Shown in pieces: positions 10,378 to 20,629 of a DNA stretch of 64,000 nucleotides (within the stretch, counting starts at the first letter, position 1; each line of letters opens with the position of its first letter). A model generated the notes under the pieces. It was not told where the DNA came from and made no database searches. It saw only the letters and a program-made list of their open reading frames with translations. The stretch spans positions 23,269 to 87,268 of the forward strand of contig JAXMFR010000005.1 in assembly GCA_046347685.1 (NCBI GenBank). Reading direction: 5' to 3'. Position numbers and translations under genes: made by a program. Source of the DNA: Chitinivorax sp. (GTDB taxonomy: Bacteria > Pseudomonadota > Gammaproteobacteria > Burkholderiales > SCOH01).

Positions 10378-10947
10378 ATGCAGTCGCTGGCTGTTTTTTG
10401 CGGGGCCAAGCATGGCCACCGAGCCGCTTATACTCAGGCTGCTGTGGCGCTTGGCCAGGGCTTGGCAGAGCAGGGTATCGCCCTGGTTTATGGCGGCGGC
10501 AATATCGGCCTGATGGGCGAAGTGGCCACTGCCGCGCTAAGTGCCGGTGGTCGTGTGGTTGGCGTGATTCCCGCATTCATGGTCGAGCGTGAGCTGGCGC
10601 ATGCCGGCTTGAGCGAGCTGATCGTGGTGGATTCGATGCACAGCCGCAAAGCCAAAATGGCTGAGCTGGCACAAGGCTTTATTGCCTTGCCTGGCGGTAT
10701 TGGCACTTACGACGAACTGTTCGAAATCCTCACCTGGGCGCAACTGGGTATTCATCCTTATCCGGTTGGCCTGCTGGATGTAGAGGGCTACTTCGATCCC
10801 TTCCGCGCCTTGTGGCAACGTGCCGCCGACGATGGCTTTCTGCATGCCAATACCCGCGCGCCGTTGATTTCCGCATCGGTGCCGCAATTACTGCAACAGA
10901 TGGCGGCACAATTGCCCTCGGCGCTTGATTCGAATGCCCGTGCATGA
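10378..10947 (+). CDS. LOG family protein (TIGR00730-type nucleotide phosphoribohydrolase)
   Basis: Motifs GGGNIGLMG and PGGIGTYDELFE. The start codon directly abuts the pheA stop. Confidence 0.85.
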   Translation: MQSLAVFCGAKHGHRAAYTQAAVALGQGLAEQGIALVYGGGNIGLMGEVATAALSAGGRVVGVIPAFMVERELAHAGLSELIVVDSMHSRKAKMAELAQGFIALPGGIGTYDELFEILTWAQLGIHPYPVGLLDVEGYFDPFRALWQRAADDGFLHANTRAPLISASVPQLLQQMAAQLPSALDSNARA

Positions 10948-11573
10948 ACAACTTTCGTTTGCCATTCTCTATCGGGCAGAGCGATGACGCTGAAGCGGCT
11001 GCTCGCCTGCTATATGAATCCGACCCGCCTTATTATGATTTCTGGCTTGGTAACCGGGCTGCGGCTCTGACCCTGTTACAGGCGCTGTGGCGCCTGCCGG
11101 AAGGAGGCTACAGCGCTGCCCATTGCCAGGTCTTGCGTGATGCCAACGGTGCGCGCGCGTTGTATTACGCCTACCCCGCCAGCCGCGAGGCGGATCTGGA
11201 ATTGCAGTCACAACGTGCGTTGCGCCAAGTGGCGGGAGCTGATCTGGAGCAATTGCAGCAACGAGAAGCACAGCTGTCATTGCTGTTTCCGCGGCTTGCC
11301 GAGCCAGCTTATTACCTGCGAACGCTCTGTGTTTCCACGCAGCAGCGGGGGGCAGGGCTTGGGGCGCAAATGTTGCGTCACATCGGCGATGAGGCCAGAG
11401 AGCAGGGCTATACACTGCTGCTGACCGATGTGGATAGCGGTAATCCGGGGGCGGTGCGTTTTTATCTGCGGGCGGGTTTCAGCACCCTGGTGGAAACCCG
11501 AGTGCCTGCGCTGCTACCTTATCAACTGCCAGCCAGCCTGCGTATGGCAAAACATCTGAACCTAGACTGTTGA
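10944..11573 (+). CDS. GNAT family N-acetyltransferase
   Basis: Acetyl-CoA-binding segment QQRGAGLGAQML..NPGAVRFYLRAGF. Its ATGA start overlaps the LOG gene stop. Confidence 0.75.
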   Translation: MNNFRLPFSIGQSDDAEAAARLLYESDPPYYDFWLGNRAAALTLLQALWRLPEGGYSAAHCQVLRDANGARALYYAYPASREADLELQSQRALRQVAGADLEQLQQREAQLSLLFPRLAEPAYYLRTLCVSTQQRGAGLGAQMLRHIGDEAREQGYTLLLTDVDSGNPGAVRFYLRAGFSTLVETRVPALLPYQLPASLRMAKHLNLDC

Positions 11574-11584
11574 AAGTAAAACTG

Positions 11585-12685
11585 ATGGATCTGACTCAAC
11601 TCGCTCCCGAATATATCCGCAGCATTGCCCCCTATCAGCCGGGCAAGCCAACGTCGGAACTGGCCCGCGAAATGGGCTTGGCCGAAAGCAGCATCGTCAA
11701 ACTTGCATCCAACGAAAACCCGCTGGGGCTTAGCCCCAAGGCCAAGGCGGCAATGGCTGCGGCAATGGATGAGCTGGCGCGTTATCCCGATGGCAACGGC
11801 TTTGAACTGAAAGCCAAGGTTGCCGGCAAACATCAGGTGGCAATGAACCAGATCGTGCTGGGTAACGGCTCCAACGACGTGCTGGAGCTGGTTGCCCGCA
11901 CTTTCCTGGCACCGGGCGATAGCGCGGTTTATTCGCAATACAGCTTTGCCGTGTATCAGCTGGCCGTGCAGGCGGTGGGCGCAATCGGTGTGGAAACTCC
12001 GGCGGTGGAATATGGCCACGATCTGGATGCGATGCTGGCGGCAATTCGCCCGGATACCAAGATCGTCTTCATCGCCAATCCCAATAATCCAACCGGCACC
12101 TTGATCCCTGGCGAGCAGGTTGAGCGCTTCATGCAGTCTTGTCCGGCCAATGTGCTGGTGGTGCTGGACGAAGCCTATACCGAATATCTGCCCGCCGAGC
12201 TGCAGTTGGATAGTGTGGCGCTGACGCGTCGTTTCCCCAATCTGATTGTCAGCCGCACCTTGTCCAAAGCCTATGGCCTGGCAGGTCTGCGCGTCGGCTT
12301 TGCCATCACGTCGGCACCGGTGGCCGATTTGATGAACCGGGTACGCCAGCCGTTTAACGTCAACTCACTGGCTCAAGCCGCTGCGGTGGCTGCACTGGAC
12401 GACGCAGAGTTTCTCGCCGAAACGGTAAAGATCAATACTGCCGGCATGCAGCAGATCATTGCCGCGTTTGATCGCCTGGGCGTCAGCTATATCCCCAGCT
12501 TTGGCAACTTCATTGCCTTCCATTGTCAGGATGCGGCAGGTATGAACCGCTTCATGCTGGAAAAAGGCGTGATCGTACGTCCGCTGGCAGGCTACAAAAT
12601 GCCGAACACGCTGCGGGTGAGTATTGGCTTGCCGCAGGAAAATGCGCGTTTCATCGAGGTGCTGGAACAGGCGCTGGCACGCTGA
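11585..12685 (+). CDS. hisC: histidinol-phosphate / aromatic aminotransferase
   Basis: Class II aminotransferase with the PLP-lysine motif SRTLSKAYGLAGLRVG. ATG 11585 is preferred over the TTG at 11570. Confidence 0.9.
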   Translation: MDLTQLAPEYIRSIAPYQPGKPTSELAREMGLAESSIVKLASNENPLGLSPKAKAAMAAAMDELARYPDGNGFELKAKVAGKHQVAMNQIVLGNGSNDVLELVARTFLAPGDSAVYSQYSFAVYQLAVQAVGAIGVETPAVEYGHDLDAMLAAIRPDTKIVFIANPNNPTGTLIPGEQVERFMQSCPANVLVVLDEAYTEYLPAELQLDSVALTRRFPNLIVSRTLSKAYGLAGLRVGFAITSAPVADLMNRVRQPFNVNSLAQAAAVAALDDAEFLAETVKINTAGMQQIIAAFDRLGVSYIPSFGNFIAFHCQDAAGMNRFMLEKGVIVRPLAGYKMPNTLRVSIGLPQENARFIEVLEQALAR

Positions 12686-12691
12686 GGCCAA

Positions 12692-12733
12692 TAAAAAACG
12701 CCGCCCGATTCTGCGTCGGGCGGCGTTTTTTTA
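12692..12733. terminator. bidirectional rho-independent terminator (hisC / fdxA convergent)
   Basis: CGCCGCCCGA (12699-12708) pairs with TCGGGCGGCG (12716-12725). An A-tract lies upstream and a T-tract downstream. Confidence 0.85.
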
Positions 12734-12751
12734 TCTGCTGGCGTGTGTCGA

Positions 12752-13090
12752 TCAGGCGCCGTTGCGATCCAGTTCGCCCAGCTTGCCCTTAACCGTTGCC
12801 CACTGCTCGTGATCCGGCAGCGGCTCCTTGCTTTCCACGATCGGCGTCCAGTTTGGATGTTTCGCCAGATCGGCGTTCAGCTGGATATACACCTGCTGAT
12901 CGGCCGGCACGTCGTCTTCGGCGTAAATGGCTTCCACCGGGCATTCTGCAACACAAAGCGTACAGTCGATACACTCGTCCGGATCAATCACCAGAAAGTT
13001 CGGGCCTTCGCGGAAACAATCCACTGGGCACACATCCACGCAGTCGGTGTATTTACACTTAACGCAGGCTTCGGTTACAACGTAGGTCAT
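12752..13090 (-). CDS. fdxA: 7Fe ferredoxin (Azotobacter FdxA type)
   Basis: [18 protein letters not shown] and [12 protein letters not shown] cluster motifs. Confidence 0.93.
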   Translation of the reverse strand: MTYVVTEACVKCKYTDCVDVCPVDCFREGPNFLVIDPDECIDCTLCVAECPVEAIYAEDDVPADQQVYIQLNADLAKHPNWTPIVESKEPLPDHEQWATVKGKLGELDRNGA

Positions 13091-13161
13091 GATTGTTCCT
13101 AAAATAGCGGGAAATCGGATTGCCCGAATTCTATCAGAAAGTGTTTTTGTGTTACTGACAA

Positions 13162-14136
13162 ATGACTGCCGATTGCCATTCCATGGCGCATAAATACTGC
13201 GGTCGCTTTGCGCCGTCGCCGACCGGCCCGCTGCATTTTGGCTCGCTGGTCACGGCGCTGGCGAGTTTTCTCGACGCGCGCGCCAAACAGGGGCGCTGGC
13301 TGGTGCGTATGGAGGATATCGACTTCACCCGTTGCCTGCCCGGGCTGGATCAGGACATCCTCAGCACGCTGGCGGATTTCGGCCTGGAATGGGATGGAGA
13401 GGTGTTGTATCAGAATCAGCCACACAGCCAGCAGCGCTATCAGGCCGCATTGCAGCAGCTTCGCGATCATGGGCTGACTTATTTGTGTGGCTGCAGCCGC
13501 AAGGAAATCGCTGATTCCGCACAGCAGGGCATTGAAGGCCCGGTTTACCCCGGAACCTGCCGCAACGGCCTCGCTCCGGGTAAGGCTGGTCGTGCCGAGA
13601 GGATCAAGGTGCCGCAGCAAGATATCGGCTTTGTCGACCGGATTCAGGGCCCGTTGAACCAGAATCTGGCACACCAGATTGGCGATTTCGTCCTGCGCCG
13701 CGCAGACGGTTGTTTTTCCTATCAACTGGCGGTGGTGGCAGATGATGCCTGGCAAGGCGTGACGGATGTGGTGCGTGGCATTGATCTGCTGCTGTCCACT
13801 CCGCGCCAGTTGTATCTACAGCAGGTGCTGGGGTTGGCACAGCCGGGCTATGCGCATATTCCGCTGGCGGTTAATCAGCTGGGCCTGAAGCTCAGCAAGC
13901 AGAATCTCGCACGTGCGGTAGACCGGCAGCAGCCGGTGCCAGTCCTATACCGGGCCTTGCTGTTTCTCGGCCAGGCTGCGCCTGCCGAGGCTCAGCACTG
14001 GTCGCGCCAGCGCTTGCTGGATTGGGCCATTGCCAACTGGCAACTGGAGCGGGTGCCGCGACAGCAGCAAATCGTTTGTGAAACCGTGGATAGCCTGCCA
14101 AAGAAAATGCTTGACGGGCATCAGTCCAGTGAATAG
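13162..14136 (+). CDS. gluQ: tRNA glutamyl-Q(34) synthetase (GluRS catalytic-domain paralog)
   Basis: [16 protein letters not shown] (HIGH-type) and a KLSKQ motif, with no anticodon-binding domain. The start could be 13162 or the ATG at 13183. Confidence 0.85.
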   Translation: MTADCHSMAHKYCGRFAPSPTGPLHFGSLVTALASFLDARAKQGRWLVRMEDIDFTRCLPGLDQDILSTLADFGLEWDGEVLYQNQPHSQQRYQAALQQLRDHGLTYLCGCSRKEIADSAQQGIEGPVYPGTCRNGLAPGKAGRAERIKVPQQDIGFVDRIQGPLNQNLAHQIGDFVLRRADGCFSYQLAVVADDAWQGVTDVVRGIDLLLSTPRQLYLQQVLGLAQPGYAHIPLAVNQLGLKLSKQNLARAVDRQQPVPVLYRALLFLGQAAPAEAQHWSRQRLLDWAIANWQLERVPRQQQIVCETVDSLPKKMLDGHQSSE

Positions 14137-14171
14137 AATTCGCGCCTCTTTCGCAATCGCGAATCGGCCTC

Positions 14172-14247
14172 GTCCCCATCGTCTAGAGGCCTAGGACATC
14201 GCCCTTTCACGGCGGTAACCGGGGTTCGAATCCCCGTGGGGACGCCA
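14172..14247 (+). tRNA. tRNA-Glu (anticodon UUC)
   Basis: GTCCCCATCGTCTAGAGGCCTAGGACATCGCCCTTTCACGGCGGTAACCGGGGTTCGAATCCCCGTGGGGACGCCA. It folds as a cloverleaf with a CUUUCAC anticodon loop and an encoded CCA. Confidence 0.97.
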
Positions 14248-14335
14248 CTTTCGACAGGTTATGCCTGTCGCCCATGCAGTAATACCAGGATTTTTGCCGC
14301 ACTTTATCCCAGTTTAGATTGTCGTTTTTCCTGAT

Positions 14336-14770
14336 TTATTCAACGGAAAACAGTTTGGGCTTGTCTTTTTCATTTCCGCTGATCTGGTAGATCTTCAGTG
14401 TGCCCGGTTTCATTTCGCCCATACCCGGTGAGTTTGGTGGCATGCCGGGGGCGCTGATGCCAATGATTTTCGGCTTCTGCTGCAACAGCTTGTTGATGGC
14501 GGTGACCGGCACATGGCCTTCCACCACGTAGCCACCAATCAGCATGGTGTGGCAGCTACCCAGATTGCCCACCTTGTTGTCCTGCTTGATCTTGTCCATC
14601 TCGTTGCTGTCGACGGCTTTGACTTCGATACCGTTGGCACGCAGGTATTTGACGTATTCACCGCAGCAGCCGCAGCTCGGGCTTTTATACAAGGTGGCGC
14701 TGGGCGCCGCAGCAAAGGCGAGGGGTGTGGCCAGTAGCAGGCTGGCGAGCAGTTTGACCGGGATGTTCAT
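14336..14770 (-). CDS. DUF411 (CopG-like) periplasmic metal-binding protein
   Basis: Signal peptide MNIPVKLLASLLLATPLAFA followed by the SCGCCGEY cysteine motif. ATG 14770 is preceded by GGAG. Confidence 0.75.
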   Translation of the reverse strand: MNIPVKLLASLLLATPLAFAAAPSATLYKSPSCGCCGEYVKYLRANGIEVKAVDSNEMDKIKQDNKVGNLGSCHTMLIGGYVVEGHVPVTAINKLLQQKPKIIGISAPGMPPNSPGMGEMKPGTLKIYQISGNEKDKPKLFSVE

Positions 14771-14860
14771 GTTGAGCTCCGCTGTGACAGACAGGATAGG
14801 CAAAGCATAACGTGCAGCCACGGCGCCGGCCATGATGCCGGTCAAACCCCGGCGTTGTTG

Positions 14861-14940
14861 CCGGCATGGCTGCAGGCGCCGTCGGTATTGGTTCGCAGCC
14901 TTGCCTGCAACGGGCTACCAGAGCCGGCTGCAGGCAAGGG
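14861..14940. repeat. REP-like GC-rich palindromic element (copy 1)
   Basis: Contains CTGCAGGCGCC..GTATTGGTTCGCAGCC (module X). It also has the hairpin CCTTGCCTGCAACGGGC / GCCGGCTGCAGGCAAGG, in which 15 of 17 positions pair. Confidence 0.7.
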
Positions 14941-14961
14941 TCAGCAGTATCTGCCTCAGTG

Positions 14962-16436
<1,475 letters not shown>

Positions 16437-16476
16437 CATGGTTTTGTATCGTGTGGCGCAAAAGGCGATTGTAATC

Positions 16477-16508
16477 AAAAAAATAGCCCACCGAGCGGCG
16501 GGCTATTC
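16477..16508 (-). terminator. rho-independent terminator after the cysI-DUF934 unit
   Basis: The minus strand reads AATAGCCCGCCGCTCGGTGGGCTATTTTTTTGATT. Confidence 0.75.
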
Positions 16509-16525
16509 TGGCGGCAGGCTAAAAA

Positions 16526-17035
16526 TCAGGCTGCGTTGCGGCGACGGAACAACGGTACTTTCTGGTCGACGGCTACCTGATAGGCGTCGGAGAAGTCGTT
16601 GAGGCCTTTCAGCGCTTCGTCGATATCCTTGTCGTCACGCACCACAAAGGCATTGAAGCCGCAGCGCAGCATGAAGTACAGCAGGTCCTTGAATACGTCG
16701 CCAAACGCACGCAATTCGCCCTGATAGCCATAACGCTCGCGCAGCAGGCGGCCGGTGCTGAAACCGCGGCCATCGGTGAAAGCCGGGAAGTTGACCGCAA
16801 CCACGGCAAACTTGCTGGCATCGCTGCCCAGGTCTTCCACTTCTTCGTGGCTGTCGATCCATACGCCGGTCTGGCCCTGGCGTGCCAGCAGCGCGTCTTT
16901 CTGTGCTTTCCACACGGCCAGCGGCACAATCACGTCGCCACTGGCCGGCACGGTCGGCAGGCTGCCGTCTGCGTTGAGCTTGAGCAGGGTGAAGCTGTCT
17001 TCAACGATGCTGCGATCCTTAATGAGCTTTGGCAT
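16526..17035 (-). CDS. DUF934 domain-containing protein (sulfite-reductase associated)
   Basis: MPKLIKDRSIVEDSF N-terminus. Its start overlaps the cysI stop by 17 nt. The ORF-track extension to 17122 lies inside cysI. Confidence 0.75.
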   Translation of the reverse strand: MPKLIKDRSIVEDSFTLLKLNADGSLPTVPASGDVIVPLAVWKAQKDALLARQGQTGVWIDSHEEVEDLGSDASKFAVVAVNFPAFTDGRGFSTGRLLRERYGYQGELRAFGDVFKDLLYFMLRCGFNAFVVRDDKDIDEALKGLNDFSDAYQVAVDQKVPLFRRRNAA

Positions 17036-18677
17036 ATACGCGCTCCTTGAACGGGTCGATGCCAATGCGGCGGACGGTGTCGATGAAACGCTCGTCGGCA
17101 TGACGCTGTTCGATATAAACATTGATGATTTTTTCGATCACATCCGGCATTTCTTCCTGCGCGAACGATGGGCCGATGACTTTGCCCAGAGTGGCCTTGT
17201 TGCCCTGTTCGCCGCCCAGCGACACCTGATACCACTCCGAGCCGTTCTTATCGACGCCGAGGATACCGATGTTGCCGATGTGGTGGTGGCCGCAGGAGTT
17301 CATGCAGCCGCTGAAGTTCATGTCCACGTCGCCGATGTCGTAGAGGTAATCGAGATCGTCGAAACGACGCTGGATGGCCTCGGCCACCGGAATCGACTTG
17401 GCATTGGCCAGTGCGCAGAAATCGCCGCCCGGGCAAACGATCATGTCGGTCAGCAGGCCGATGTTCGGCGTGGCAAAACCGATGTCGCGCGCGGCTTGCC
17501 ACAAGGCGTACAGCTCGCTTTGTTTCACGTCGGCGAGGATCATGTTCTGTTCGTGGCTGATGCGCACTTCGCCAAAGCTGTAGCGGTCGGCAAAGTCGGC
17601 AACGGCTTCCATCTGGCCGTCGGTGGCATCACCCGGCGGAATGCCGGTTTTCTTCAGCGACAGGGTGACGCTGGCGTAGCCTGGCACCTTATGTTTGTTG
17701 ACGTTGCGCTCCACCCAGCGGGCAAAGGCCTTGTCTTCGCTCTGCTTTTGCAGGAAACCGGCGTCGTCACCAGCAAACTGCTCGTAGGCCGGCGGGGTGA
17801 AGAAGCCGTCGAGGCGGGCAAATTCTTCTGCCGGCACGGTTGCCGGGCTGTCTTTCCAGTGTGCCCACTCGGCTTCTACCTTGGCGGCGAAACTTTCCAC
17901 GCCCATGGCTTTCACCAGAATCTTGATCCGCGCCTTGTATTTGTTGTCGCGACGACCGTAGCGGTTATACACGCGCAGGATCGAGTCGAGATAAGTCAGG
18001 ATGTGCTCGCGCGGCAGGAAGTCACGCACTACCGAACCGATGATCGGCGTGCGGCCCAGGCCGCCACCCACCAGCACGCGGAAGCCGATTTCGCCTTTGC
18101 TGTTTTTCACCAGGTCCAGGCCGATATCGTGTACCTGAATCGCAGCGCGATCCTGCTCGGCGCCGTTGACGGCGATCTTGAACTTGCGCGGCAGGTGGGC
18201 GAATTCCGGGTGGAACGTTGACCACTGGCGGATCAGTTCGCAATATGGACGCGGGTCGATGTGCTCATCAGCAGCCACGCCGGCAAACTGGTCAGTGGTG
18301 GTATTGCGGATACAGTTACCGCTGGTCTGCACTGCGTGCATTTGCACCGTGGCCAGTTCGTCGAGGATATCCGGCACCCGTTCCAGCGCTGGCCAGTTGA
18401 ACTGCAGGTTCTGGCGGGTGCTGAAGTGGCCGTAGCCACGGTCATAAGTGCGCGCAATGTGCGCCAACTTGCGCAATTGGGTCGACGAGAGCATGCCGTA
18501 AGGAATGGCGACGCGCAGCATCGGCGCATGGCGCTGTACGTACAGCCCGTTTTGCAGGCGCAGCGGACGGAACTCGTCGTCCGTCAGTTCGCCGGCCAGA
18601 TAACGGCGGGTCTGGTCGCGAAACTGGCGCGCCCGCTCGTTGATGATCCGTTGGTCGATCTCGTCGTAGATGTACAT
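17019..18677 (-). CDS. cysI: assimilatory sulfite reductase hemoprotein (nitrite/sulfite reductase family)
   Basis: 552 aa with siroheme/4Fe-4S Cys motifs (TSGNCIRN, CPGGDFCALA, SGCMNSCGHH). Confidence 0.9.
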   Translation of the reverse strand: MYIYDEIDQRIINERARQFRDQTRRYLAGELTDDEFRPLRLQNGLYVQRHAPMLRVAIPYGMLSSTQLRKLAHIARTYDRGYGHFSTRQNLQFNWPALERVPDILDELATVQMHAVQTSGNCIRNTTTDQFAGVAADEHIDPRPYCELIRQWSTFHPEFAHLPRKFKIAVNGAEQDRAAIQVHDIGLDLVKNSKGEIGFRVLVGGGLGRTPIIGSVVRDFLPREHILTYLDSILRVYNRYGRRDNKYKARIKILVKAMGVESFAAKVEAEWAHWKDSPATVPAEEFARLDGFFTPPAYEQFAGDDAGFLQKQSEDKAFARWVERNVNKHKVPGYASVTLSLKKTGIPPGDATDGQMEAVADFADRYSFGEVRISHEQNMILADVKQSELYALWQAARDIGFATPNIGLLTDMIVCPGGDFCALANAKSIPVAEAIQRRFDDLDYLYDIGDVDMNFSGCMNSCGHHHIGNIGILGVDKNGSEWYQVSLGGEQGNKATLGKVIGPSFAQEEMPDVIEKIINVYIEQRHADERFIDTVRRIGIDPFKERVYAKAH

Positions 18678-18818
18678 GTAACGTCCTGTTGCTGAACTTT
18701 TTGCGGTATCTGCGGCACCCGTTTTTCAGGGTCGCGCAACTATACCAGTAATCGATATTGCGAATAACTACTATTTCTCTCATGCACCGCCACACCGGCG
18801 CTTCCCTCCGGCGTGCAG

Positions 18819-18856
18819 AAAAACAAGGCAGCCGCCCTGGGCGGGGCGGCTGTTTT
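18819..18856 (-). terminator. hairpin terminator/attenuator between cysH and cysI
   Basis: CAGCCGCCC (18829-18837) pairs with GGGCGGCTG (18844-18852). A/T tracts flank it on both strands. Confidence 0.6.
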
Positions 18857-18870
18857 GCCTGATGGGCCGG

Positions 18871-19557
18871 TCAGATTTTCTTGACGTGCAGGCCACATTC
18901 CTTGGTTTCCGGATTTTCCCACCACCAGCGGCCGGCACGCACGTCTTCACCCATCGAGATGGCGCGGGTGCAGGGTGCACAGCCAATCGACGGATAGTGT
19001 TTGTCGTGCAGTTCGTTGTACGGCACCTTGTTGGCGCGGATGTATTCCCAGACTTCCTTTTCGGTCCAGTCGATCAGCGGGTTGAACTTCTCCAGACCGT
19101 TATCCTTGTCGAATTCCTGCTCGCCCAAGCCGGTGCGGGTGGTCGACTGCTGCGCACGCAGGCCGGTAATCCAGGCTTTCTTGCCAGCCAGTGCGCGTTT
19201 CAGCGGCTCGATCTTGCGGATGTGGCAACAGGCTTTGCGCTGCTCGATCGAGTTGTAAAACGCGTTGATGCCATTGGCCGCAACCCAGGCTTCGGTTTTT
19301 TCGGTGTTGGGGAAATACACCTTGATCGGCGCAGCCGGGTAGGCTTCGCCGGTTTTTTGCATCAGCGTGTAGGTTTCAGCCGGCAGGCGGCCGGTGTCGA
19401 GGCTGAAAATTTCAATATTCAGGCCGTTGCGGGCGATCAGGTCGGTAATCACCATGTCTTCAGCGCCCAGGCTGTTGGCGAATACGGCGGGGCTGTATTC
19501 GGCGGCAATACGCGTCAGCAGTGCTGTGGCGCGTTGGATTTTGTCGTCGAGGCTCAT
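18871..19557 (-). CDS. cysH: adenylyl-sulfate (APS)/PAPS reductase, Fe-S type
   Basis: KACCHIRK plus SIGCAPCT cysteines and the C-terminal ECGLH motif. This is the pattern of Fe-S cluster bacterial APS reductases. Confidence 0.9.
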   Translation of the reverse strand: MSLDDKIQRATALLTRIAAEYSPAVFANSLGAEDMVITDLIARNGLNIEIFSLDTGRLPAETYTLMQKTGEAYPAAPIKVYFPNTEKTEAWVAANGINAFYNSIEQRKACCHIRKIEPLKRALAGKKAWITGLRAQQSTTRTGLGEQEFDKDNGLEKFNPLIDWTEKEVWEYIRANKVPYNELHDKHYPSIGCAPCTRAISMGEDVRAGRWWWENPETKECGLHVKKI

Positions 19558-19633
19558 GTAATTTTCTCCAGAATTCAGGGGCGCGATAGTATCAATATTT
19601 TGCTGCTTAAAGGCTGTTCACGATTTGTCGCGA

Positions 19634-19726
19634 GCAGCCCTCAGCGGGGCGAAGAGCAGCGCAAAACCGGAGTGTACTTAAGTACATGAGGATTTTGAGC
19701 AGCACATGAGCCCCGATCAGGGCTGC
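19634..19726. repeat. 93-nt imperfect palindrome centred on GTACTTAAGTAC
   Basis: The outer arms GCAGCCCT.A.CGGGGC / GCCCCG.T.AGGGCTGC pair at 15 of 17 positions. The inner core is a 7-bp perfect palindrome around CTTAAG. A 1-nt register shift separates the inner and outer arms. Confidence 0.8.
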
Positions 19727-19748
19727 GCAGCAAGATTGTGGGCAGCCT

Positions 19749-20525
19749 TTACATTACCAGTTTGGTGCCAACAATACCCAGCATCACTGCCAGGAAAGGG
19801 CGCAGGTATTTGTCCGGCACACCACCCGACAGGCGGCTGCCAACATAAATACCCGGAAGCGAGCCCAACAGCAGGTTGCCCAGCAGGTGCCAGTCCATAT
19901 TGCCAAGGCCGGCATGGCCCAGGCCCGCGATCAAGGTCAGCGGCACGGCGTGGGCGATTTCAGTGCCCACCAGACGTGTGGTTTTCATCAGCGGGTAGAG
20001 CATGAACAGGGCCACGGTGCCCAGTGCGCCGGCGCCGATCGAAGTCAGCGTCACCAGCACGCCCAGCACCACGCCGGTTACCACGGTGGCACCCAGCTGC
20101 GCTTTACGCGGCATGTTGATCCAGCCCGGTGCCGCCTTGTGGGCGAAGTTCAGCAGTTGCTGTTTGAAAATGATTGCCAGCGCGGTCAGCATCAGCGCAA
20201 AACCGAGGCTGCGCTTGATGATGGCGTTCAGCGTGTGCACATCGGGGTTCCAGGTGTGCAGCACCCACAGGGTCAACACCGCCGCCGGCAAGCTGCCCAG
20301 CGCCAGCCAGCCGGTCAGGTGCCAGTCGATATTGCGTTGTTTGTGGTGCACCAGCACCCCGCCAGCCTTGGTGATGGCGGCGTACAGCAGATCGGTGCCG
20401 ACCGCCGTGGCCGGGTTGATACCGAAAAACAGCAGGATCGGTGTCATCAGCGAGCCGCCGCCCACGCCGGTCATGCCGACGATAAAGCCCACTGCCAGAC
20501 CGGAGATTACATAAACCAGTTCCAT
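19749..20525 (-). CDS. TauE/SafE family sulfite/anion exporter-like membrane protein
   Basis: Polytopic membrane protein with duplicated G-rich helices (VGMTGVGGGSLMTPIL). ATG 20525 is preferred over 20582. Confidence 0.8.
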   Translation of the reverse strand: MELVYVISGLAVGFIVGMTGVGGGSLMTPILLFFGINPATAVGTDLLYAAITKAGGVLVHHKQRNIDWHLTGWLALGSLPAAVLTLWVLHTWNPDVHTLNAIIKRSLGFALMLTALAIIFKQQLLNFAHKAAPGWINMPRKAQLGATVVTGVVLGVLVTLTSIGAGALGTVALFMLYPLMKTTRLVGTEIAHAVPLTLIAGLGHAGLGNMDWHLLGNLLLGSLPGIYVGSRLSGGVPDKYLRPFLAVMLGIVGTKLVM

Positions 20526-20629
20526 CTGCTGCCTTAAGTTTAAGAGAGCGGCCATGATAACAACCGCGCTTATGATGAACAAAGAACCATGTGTTAGAGT
20601 TATATAACCAATGGTAATTTGAGACGCGC

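Noticed and set aside
14248-14860. A genomic island integrated at the 3' end of tRNA-Glu.
   Set aside because: There is no integrase gene. I could find no second copy of the tRNA 3' end downstream. The only gene before dapE is a DUF411 gene of ordinary composition.
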